A DNA stretch of 64,000 bases from contig OZ249445.1 in the NCBI GenBank assembly GCA_965235115.1, positions 2,604,001 to 2,668,000 on the forward strand, given 5' to 3'. The stretch comes from Laetmonice hystrix. Lineage: Eukaryota. Every line of letters begins with the position of its first letter. The first letter of the stretch is position 1. This document shows positions 45,873-55,236 of the stretch, piece by piece. Made by a program: the position numbers and the translations under genes. The notes below the pieces were generated by a model that saw only the letters and a list, made by a program, of their open reading frames with translations, made no database searches and was not told the origin of the DNA.

Positions 45873-48800
45873 CTGAAAGCAGAAAATAATGGGTGAAATG
45901 AGGTGAATCCATTTGTATTACAAGTCATGACAACAGAGTGATGCAAGTACCTGCGGAAAGTTTTCCTTTAACTGTCTGTATTGAGAGGGCATGAAGCTGG
46001 TCGTTGTTACATGTATTCTCCTCTAGTATTCTCAAGGTTAGTGTAACAGACAAACACTTACCATTAGGATCATTAAGGTGAAGCCAAAACCCACAATGAG
46101 TGAAGAATTTTCAATGACGTAACGCTTCCCTGCATTATAACAACCCTGCAAACATAGCGAGCAGTGTGTTAGAATGGGATCTGATAAACTGCATCAAAGT
46201 AACAGTGACACCTAGCTCTTTGAATCCATGTCATCTGTTAAATATTGTAATAGCTAGTAGCTGACCAGATATTTTTAAAACAGTGCTCTTTACTTTCCTT
46301 TTGGATAATATCATTATAAATAGATGTGAAATCCTCATAAAATGACTTTGTAAGATACATTCCTCATTGACATTCGTTGCCTTTCAGTCACTGTAAAAAT
46401 ATTACGTGCAATCATTAAAATGAACATTGCATACTTACTCCATAGTAAAGCGCCCTGTTGATAGCCCCAGAATCCTGTGCTGGTGGGCCCAGCCGCCACT
46501 TCTGGCAGGTATAGCGGTCAACGTAACGGTAGAAACGATCCCTCACACAACAAGATCGTGGCACGTACGGCCGCTGATCCTCTGATCAACCAAAGGAAAA
46601 ACGATTATGCTCAGGAGCAGTGCTAGCATGCATAAAAGGAGCAAGTGGTAGTAGTAATACTAGTAGTAGTAGTAGTTGTAGTAGTAGCAGTAGTAGAGCA
46701 TATGTATTATTAGTTGTGCATAATGTAGAAGTAGGGGCCTGGTAGTTCTAAATATTAAATATTACAAACATATCATATTTCTGCCTTTGCCAAGTACAGT
46801 ACAAACTCTACTTGTCCTTGTTATAACATGACACAAAAATATACATACATATAGTAATATTGCATTTAATAATTTGAAAATCAAAGGTCTCTGGATAAGT
46901 TACTGTACTTGAACGTATAATAAGCAGATATTCTACTTTTACCCAAGAACCATTTAAACTAAATACTAAAACCTCGTACCTAAAGCTGTGAGGAGCAAAA
47001 GTATGAGAAAGGGACAAAATAAAGTTTTAACTAATTAAACGCTCCAGGCTTTTATAACTCCATTTTTGCAACAAGTTTAGTGGTGATGCAGTGGAGAATT
47101 GGGAGTTCAGTGAAGAACATTTCTCAAATTTGAGATACAAGACAGGTATTGGTGCGAGTCATTCAGTGCCTGGTCATGCCTTCCTCCGTGCCAACTGTTA
47201 GTACAAGGGCAGCCTCATTTTTTAGGCTGGTAGCCATACAGTTTGGACAGTCCATACCTTGTGTGGTTTTTACTTTTCAGTGAATTTTTTTTTAAATGTT
47301 CTTTTCCACCTTAGAGAAAATGTCAGGCACGGAAACGGAGCTGAACCCCAGGTAAAACATTAGATTTTCTCAGATTACACACAAATTTTGAGGCAAACTG
47401 CTGACACAAGGTATGTTCCACGATTCAATTAAACTAATAAAAATGCTAGCACTACAATCTATATTTATTCTGTAAATGAATAATAACATTGAAATGGTTA
47501 GCATGCAAATATATCGACTGTGTTTGTACCAGGCACAAGTATTGATTGAGACAATGCATCCTGAGCGCCGAACTGCTGGAACCATTTTGTTTCTCTGTAG
47601 CTCTTCCAGTCGTTGTCATCAACGCCACAACAGAATAACTGTAAAGAAATTTGGAAAATGATCAACACTTAAAAATTAAACTTAATCTTAGCCTATACTT
47701 CTGAGGTAGCTTCAGCAGTAATCAGGAACCAGTTGTTCAAATTGCTCTAAACTAATTTACAAATCCAGGTGGATATTTCCAATTGGTCAGTTTTCAGATT
47801 TCCTGTTTAACTGTGAACTACCTCAGAAAGTACAAGTAATGCTCTGGTGGGGGCAGCACCTAGAGGACTTTGGCGGCGCTTTGATAACGTTTACCTACCA
47901 GGATTCCAAGGCTGGAGTTCAAACCATCTTGACTCACTATAGATTCTCCAATTGTTGTCGTCAACAGCACAGCACTCAAGCTGAAAGCCTCAATCATTTA
48001 CTAACACCACAAAACAGATTCATTTAAATAACTTATTCTTTACAATTCCGGATGATAGAGGATGATATCAACCTCTACTTTCCAAGATCAGGTTTTATCT
48101 GGCAAATTATAAAAAAAAAAGTTATAGATGGTATCAGCTGACCTGTTCAGGTTGCGAAAAGCGAATTTAGTTTGGATATCAGAAAGATGATTTACCCTTT
48201 CTTGTGCCTTGTCCCACGCATACGTCACTGCACGGTTGTACCGATGGTGTTGATCAACGCCATACCGTTCCTTCAGTGTATCTCGCATTGTTTTTCGAAC
48301 ACCTTCACCAATCTAGAATGAACAATCAAAAGGAAAATCAAAAAACTAAATTTAAACCACACCATGTAGATCTTGGTGAGATATTCAGTAAACTTGAAGA
48401 TCAGATAACGTGAGCCTAAAGCATTTTGTCAATCATACCCTTACATAACACAAAGTCCCTGTCCAAATGAAACATTCAAAAATAGGTATTTAGGAGAAAT
48501 AGCATGAGGTATATGACTGCTGGTCTCCCAAAGAAAGTTCAAAAAAGGTTAAAGCACATTTTCATAAAAAGTATAATGCAGAAACTACTAACAAGTACAC
48601 ACTACTGTTAACTGTTCTTTCTCTCTGATTTTTACACTTCCCTCCTAAAACATATTTCGGCCACATACAATTCCAGCTGAACAGAGAAGTTTTTTTTATA
48701 CCAGTGGCTCAATTCATACTTCAACCCAGTCATGGTACTATAAGTAACAAATCACCACTGTCGCTGCTTTAAATAAGCTCATATAAACCATCTTTTAAAG

Positions 48801-51359
48801 CTTCGTATATGGTAGATGCATTTGTTAATAAAGCACTGATATAATCTCTAAAGCACTCGTAAAAAAAAGCATTATCTATAATATAGCATTAATGACCCAA
48901 AATGAAGCTATGTTATTTTACTCTCCATTCCTCCCCATAAAACTCCAAAGTAATCCTTAATTGCATTGATTAGAAATTTTCATTAGAAATTAGTAGTAGC
49001 ATCACCTGCTTTTTAATATATGCTACCTTGAGGTTACTCCATTTGTCCTCTGATATAGGCTCAAGTCTAAAGGCATGTTGTATTGCCTTGATTTTCTGAT
49101 CCACTACATTATTTTCCTAATATCAAATTCAATACCAAATAGCATAGTAAATACTGAATCAATCAAATAATGATAATAAGACAGAAAAAACTGCCAATTC
49201 TACTATGTGAGCTGTTTCTTTCTTACATGCAATCAATAAAAAGTCAAATGTGTTGATTTATTTTCTCAAATCATAAATGAATGCCACATTAGAACACCAA
49301 CTTCAGATCCTGCAGTACATTTTTAAATACATGTACCCTCAAAATCTCAGTATCAGGTATGTCTTTTGGTTGCCAAAATACATAGATTATAGTATACAAC
49401 ATGTATTATATAATACAATATACCAACTAGTGTCACCTCATACTGAATGCCATAGTTATAATGAAGCTGTAGCATGACCTTGCAGCACTTTTTTGTAGAG
49501 GCAGAACGATTCACCATAGTACATACAGTTGGCACAAAATAATTCACAATATGCAGGTCAAATATCATTGCTTTGTAAATTATAACTCAGAACAAGCTGT
49601 GGAGGGTATTTGGCTGTGTAGACCTCTTTACTTTAACTACCTCTCAAAATTTAATTCTCTCCTGTGCCACCTATCTTTGTGTTTGTGCTATTCTTCCTCA
49701 TACAGGCAGAATATCTGACTAGCTAAGGAATATTTTTCTGAACTGATTAGGGCCTACACCATCCTTTAATTTGGAATAGGATTATGTTGTGAATCATGTT
49801 GTGAATCCAATGTAATTGCATTATGACAATAGTTAGCATATCATTAGAAAATGTATCGTTCCACCCCTGTTTGCCACCTTTCCAAACCCACCCATGGTCA
49901 CCAGGCATGTACTACCCTGCTGCGCTCTGGACAACATTGAACATTCCGACTCAGCAAAACTCACCTTTGCATTTTGCCACTGAATGAAGGATATTGAGTG
50001 AAAGGGTAAGAAGGCAGGACATTGAATCAAGCATTGGGAATCATAGACATTGCAATCAGAAAATAAGAGAAAGGAAAGTTTGTTGCATTGGAAAAAGTAG
50101 AAATCAACCATACTGACAGATACAGTATAGCTTGTAGCGTACATACTCCCTACAAAGGCCTGTGGCAAATGGCAGACTAGCAACATTGTACACTATCAAG
50201 CATAAACGTTACGTTTCAATCTGAAATCTACAGACATGTATATTCAGCACTAACATACTTTATTTTCGGCCAACTACACAAAAAGTAACTTCCTTGAAAG
50301 GGTAATATCTATTACACAGACAGGTAAGCAAGCAGAGGATCGTAAATTTAAACGATGAAATCAGCCAAGAAAGGCACACTTCTGATTCCTTCTAATGGAA
50401 CCTGAAGGTCTACTATATATTCAGTCTAAAAATTTGGCTCTGAAGACAGAAGGCAATTAGACTTTCACAAGTTTACCGATAAATTATACACAATTAACTC
50501 ACCTGTGACCTAAACACAATGGCCAGAATTCCAGAAATGAGGAGGAGGAACATGATGAAACACAATGTTATCAGGTACTGCAACGAGACAAAGAAGAGAA
50601 ATAATCAATACATGTACATGTAATTAATATAGGCATGTGAGGACATACACTTAATTCTACATAGTTATAACCATGAGAGCAGTCAAATCGTCACAGATTA
50701 ACGGGTCTTTTCACAAGCGGCTGTTCCATTCAGATTAACTCTATCAATTTAATAAAATGTTGTCAGAATGTGTCTAGGAGGAGAGAGAGATTCACTTACC
50801 ACCCAGAGAAGGCACTTGTTTTCATTCACAGAACCACAACATCCAAAGAAGGTGATGATCATGATCAGGGCTCCACCCGCAATGAATATATAAGCTGCAA
50901 CCTCGATCAGCATTGAGCCCGAGATTGTTGCAATGAAGTTTCGATCCGCAGCCAGCCATATTCCAATGCCGACTATTATGCATCCAAGCAACTGCCATGA
51001 CAATTTTAAACACTGGTTTACTGCCAAGTACAATTGCTATTACAAAATGAATTTGCAATGAAATTATTTCAGTTGTTTTGAAAAAATTAAGCCTATTTGG
51101 AATATTATGTATTTAAATGTAATAAAAAAAATTGGAAAAATAACTATTCTGAATTTTCCTTCCAGAAATTTTGCATTCATATAAAAATGGTAGAAATCTT
51201 TCCATGAAAGACTTTCATTCTGACTGGATTACTTACAAAAAAGATGAGATTGAAGACAAACATGCAGTATTTAATCCACTGTATTTTGGTCTCCTCAGAA
51301 TCTGTGGGTCTCTGGCGGAAGTTATCCATGCCCGCTCCTTGACCTCCACCACCCTTCAT
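45819..51359 (-). CDS. Tetraspanin B (CD151/TSPAN11-like), 289 aa with exon 5a or 298 aa with exon 5b
   Basis: Coding exons (-): 51237-51359, 50800-50991, 50503-50577, 48196-48312, [47899-47980 or 47530-47638], 46439-46581, 46062-46145, 45819-45872, all GT-AG and in frame. Four TM segments, KYCMFVFNLIFF, FFGCCG, large loop with CC, PRSCC, C and GC cysteines. Subfamily assignment is tentative. Confidence 0.93.
46062..46145 (-). CDS. TspB exon 7 (GCY + TM4 start, 84 nt)
   Basis: GCYNAGKRYVIENSSLIVGFGFTLMILM|gtaagt. Confidence 0.92.
46439..46581 (-). CDS. TspB exon 6 (PxSCC half of the large loop, 143 nt)
   Basis: (E)DQRPYVPRSCCVRDRFYRYVDRYTCQKWRLGPPAQDSGAINRALYYG|gtaagt; starts in phase 1. 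Confidence 0.92.
47530..47638 (-). CDS. TspB exon 5b (CC-motif exon, 'CCG' version, 109 nt)
   Basis: ttctttacag|LFCCGVDDNDWKSYRETKWFQQFGAQDALSQSILVP+G|gtacaa; phase 0 to 1; ends in CCT-G like 5a. The donor is weak. Confidence 0.82.
47697..47831. other. Stem-loop in the TspB 5a-5b intron
   Basis: TTCTGAGGTAG (47699-47709) / CTACCTCAGAA (47818-47828) is a perfect 11-bp core, extended on both sides with bulges, plus inner CAGGAA / TTCCTG. Confidence 0.65.
47899..47980 (-). CDS. TspB exon 5a (CC-motif exon, 'CCA' version, 82 nt)
   Basis: ctttcag|LECCAVDDNNWRIYSESRWFELQPWNP+G|gtaggt; phase 0 to 1. Confidence 0.88.
48196..48312 (-). CDS. TspB exon 4 (large-loop helices, 117 nt)
   Basis: IGEGVRKTMRDTLKERYGVDQHHRYNRAVTYAWDKAQER; homologous to TspA exon 4 and the same length. 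Confidence 0.92.
49965..49979 (-). CDS. TspB candidate 15-nt microexon (WQNAK)
   Basis: ccttcattcag|TGGCAAAATGCAAAG|gtgagt; phase 0-0; about 130 nt upstream with no AG. Confidence 0.6.
50503..50577 (-). CDS. TspB exon 3 (TM3, 75 nt)
   Basis: YLITLCFIMFLLLISGILAIVFRSQ|gtgagt. Confidence 0.93.
50800..50991 (-). CDS. TspB exon 2 (192 nt)
   Basis: LLGCIIVGIGIWLAADRNF...FFGCCGSVNENKCLLWV|gtaagt. Confidence 0.95.
51237..51359 (-). CDS. TspB coding exon 1 (N-tail + TM1)
   Basis: GCCATG start; MKGGGGQGAG...KYCMFVFNLIFF|gtaagt; upstream acceptor at 51381-51382. Confidence 0.92.
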
Positions 51360-52236
51360 GGCCAAACCTTCAGTTGACCTCTGGAAATATAGCAAATAAT
51401 CAACCATAAAAGTTGTACAATTGGCATTCCCACAACTGGATGACTAAAAAGGAGATAATGTGTGGAATGAGTGAGCATTCATCTGTGAAGGCCTTTACCA
51501 GCTCTTACACTATATCATTAGTATACTGTACATTTGAAAAAAATGTATAAAATGTGTGCCCTATAACTAGATTAATATAATCAGACAGATACATTATGAA
51601 CTCCATGGTTAAATTAGTCTGAAAAGCATTTATAGTAGAAAAGTTAAAACTCCGAGCCTGCTATATACTCCTTATAGGGCAAGCTCCTGATGGACACAAC
51701 CATAGTGTAGAGCGGAGTCTGAGGTCAACTTCAAAACTTAATTTTGGGATGGCCCAGCATCCAATACAATTTCGATGAACTCAAATTATTTATCCGAATA
51801 TAATATTCCCTGAGCCTAAATAAGACATACAGTAAGACATCTGAAAAACTGAGCTAACACTGGGCTCCCAAGATGTCCACTGGGAATTCCCTGGTAAAGG
51901 TATTAGTGGGGAAATAACATGGTAAACATGTATTGTAGAAACTAGGTCAACTCAGTGTCATGCAATCTCTAGGTTACCACCTGTCCAAGTTATCTTTTGA
52001 ACATCATTCAGGGTAAAATATGGATTAATGTTTTACTTACATCAACCTGGAACGGTTCCGTCTCATAATAGTTGTAACTAGATGGGCGAGCGCTTCGCCT
52101 CTCAGAAACTCGCAGTTTATCCATCTTAATTTACCGGTCGAGTTCTACCAAACTCCAGTTAACAGTGGTTGCCCACCTGAGTTTCTTATCAGCAAAGTTC
52201 TTATCAAAACCAGGACAGGCTGATAAGGACACTTAC

Positions 52237-52330
52237 CTGTAAAATGACAACCTACGCTGCGCGCCACACTCTCGTGAGTTTCAGACATAGATCGACGTCG
52301 AAAATTGATCAATTCTGAGAGATTTTCTAC
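52237..52330 (-). other. Probable non-coding first exon of TspB (5' end uncertain)
   Basis: Strong donor ACAG|GTAAGT at 52236-52235 beside a CpG-enriched block (about 52250-52520); the matching acceptor is at 51381-51382. Confidence 0.45.
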
Positions 52331-55173
52331 CTAACGTTATTCGACCATGTCTCTGAAATTCCCCGCAACTTTCGTGACCTAGTTTTAATTGGGTCATCAT
52401 CACTGCACAGGTACGACACCTGGTAAAAGACAGAGCGCCCAGGTGTGTCGCATATGCCGGAACGGAATCACAGCTAGGTGGGTCACCTGTGACCGTCGAC
52501 AGGTGGCAGCCGATACATGTATAGGCCCTAGTTGTAAAGTCATCCACCACAAAACTTCAAAGAAATACAGAAATATATAAATAAAACCAGAATAATAGGC
52601 TAATGACGTAGGCTACGTAGGCCTATTATTTAATCAAAATTTGCCCTATATGGCTATGCAACAAACTGCACTCAGTAGTTCGTGAGTGGGGGTTTTCTTG
52701 CTAGGCCTGCCATATTGATGGTTCTGTTTTGTAGGTCTACAGGTTTTTACAGCGTGCCAAACCTATGGACCTTAATTGTAGGGGATATCTTTAAAATCTA
52801 GAGGTCCTGAAACAAAGTTTCGGCACTCTGAGACAACCTGTGTGAAAGATTGGGGAGAGTGCATGATCCTCATTAGGTTGGGACACTAGATCTATGCATG
52901 GCCAAAGCTCACGTTCATCGCCCAACGTACTCTTGGCCTTGGCCCCCTAGCGGACACTATACATTACTCATTATCGATGCAATGTGAGGGAACGCTGCAC
53001 GTCGACTGCCTTAACCCCCCCCCCCCCCCCCCCCCCCGACTGTCTTTTCGATTTCTATTGTAAGGCTTACAACACATGTACAGGCTTCCTAACGATTGAC
53101 ATATATTTGATCAACTACCATAAAAGGTGTTCCCTCATTATTAAAAGCCTGGATATTTTAATTCGTGCACAGGTCTATAATTATATAGAACCCTAATTGT
53201 ACCCGATTGTATTCAGGGAGTCCTTCTGGTCTGTAATTGGAAGACAACTCCGATGTGGTATACGATGTATCAAAAAATAAACACATATTAAGAAGTCTAT
53301 ACCGCAAGATTTTATTTGCGAAAGGTAGCGGTGCATAATCCATATCCCAACTGTACACAAATCAAAACTGGAAAATTAAAAAGCTATACAAGGAAAATGG
53401 ATCTTGAAAACTAAAACTAAACGCACTTTTTATAGGCCTATACCGCCTTTTACTAAACTTGTGTTTTTCCTGTCGATAAGATAAGTTTTTTCATTAACTA
53501 CATTATATACATTGTACACAGCTCATCGTACTTGATTTTTGTGGGCTCAAACATAACTCCTCTCGGCAATTTTAGGGCAATATCAGGGCAGGAACCACGA
53601 TAGTTCCGTGCGCCAGTTAATTGGATTTATTAACAGATCGCGTCTGGAAATGCTGGATAAATGTACTAAAGGCTAGAAGGACGTTCTGCAATGACCTTTC
53701 ACATCTCCAAACAGGAAGATCAAGATTACTTGATCTCTAATCTCTCTCACATTGGTCCTTTTTTTAAATTTGACTTCCATACAAAATATACAATTCATGT
53801 GATAATTCATGCTATCTTTATGAGAAAATAATCTCTTATTGTACCGTGATTACGAGTATAAGCGTCGACAGCGTGTATTAAAAACTCTGTACACAATATT
53901 ACTTTTACGCACGGTATCTTCATGGAATGACTGTAATTTGATGTTCACATAAAATCCTGGGAATTGTACATACACATGTTATATTCACTTTCCATGACTA
54001 CCCGAAGTGGGAAGAGCTGGATTCACACGGGACCGGGGCACATAAATGGGCCCACTTTGACCAGTACAATAATACATAATGGGTTCTTAATGTTCCAGAG
54101 GTGAGCATGTGTCCGCACTATCCCCCCTGGCGTCAACATTCCCAGTTCCGATACATCCATGTCGGCCTACGTCAAATTATTGCCATACCAATCTATGGAC
54201 GGTGAATATAGGTTCTAGGAATCTCACCTACTCTACCTCGACTAAAGCACGCCTAGGGCCTTTAACCTAATCAACCTTTCTCTTGCTACATCATTTAGTA
54301 AAATTTAAGCAGAAATTGCTGAAAAGTGCAGCAATGGTAGGAATGTATGGCGACAGACCAATAAGTATGGGCTAAGCAAAAAAAGGGTAAACAGTAACTG
54401 TTTGCAGTGTGAAATATCTTAATGTGTAAAGAGACCTGGCAGAGCTGATAACTTATCCCAAAAATTGATAAATTCTCGATTCTTCTATTTCGATACTTCA
54501 AAATTCTCTATTTACAGGTCCATGGAAGGAAAGGTTACAATGACCATGTTATCAGACAAGAATTTTCCAAATTTGAGCAATCTAGTAAATCTACAAATTA
54601 TCCTGTTACTATGTCCGTTGGTGTTTGATTATGGAAGTACAAGACTTCAATACAATGTTAAAATAGCTTTCTATAAAATGAACATCACATTTCTATGGTT
54701 TCATGAAACGTCTCTTCGGCTTTCAATGACAGGATTTGTTTAAAGACTGATCACCCCTAATCACGGGGCAGTGATGCACCAATGAATTATCTCCCTTATT
54801 CCGGACACCACACTGCTCTACACGGGCCGGGGTACTACAAGGCTCAACCTTTTATACACTTCCTCACACATGGCACCTTGAAATGTTTAATTCTCAAATG
54901 TACACGATAATCAGTTCCTGTTTAAAGTACCATATCGCTATCCTCAACATTTCTAAGCTACGTGTAGCTATAATTATAATCCCAGTAAATGTATGTCCTA
55001 AGATTATAATCTGCCAGGTTTCTGTGAAACTGCCTCGACATCTTTCTCATCAAACATTTATTTGATGACTTGACGAAGACCCCTCTCCAGCACACGAAAC
55101 AGACGTTTCCGCTGGAAACGCTCCATCAGTTTTGCATAAAATGGGACTTTATAAACTTTATAAACATTCAAGT

Positions 55174-55236
55174 TTAATCAACCCTTCTTCTTGAGAGTTG
55201 CATGTAAAGTATAATTGCGAAGGCCATTCCAGATAT
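55174..55236 (-). CDS. TspA terminal coding exon
   Basis: ttttttcag|ISGMAFAIILYMQLSRRRVD*. Confidence 0.9.
   Translation of the reverse strand: MSGMAFAIILYMQLSRRRVD

Noticed and set aside
47312-47342. Possible third alternative TspB exon between 5b and exon 6
   Set aside because: No CC motif or homology to 5a/5b, and a poor donor. I found no further CC-exon copy in 46582-47529.
49833-50186. 117-aa minus-strand ORF in TspB intron 3
   Set aside because: It is mostly the pyrimidine-rich AG-free tract read in frame; only the 15-nt WQNAK segment has splice signals.
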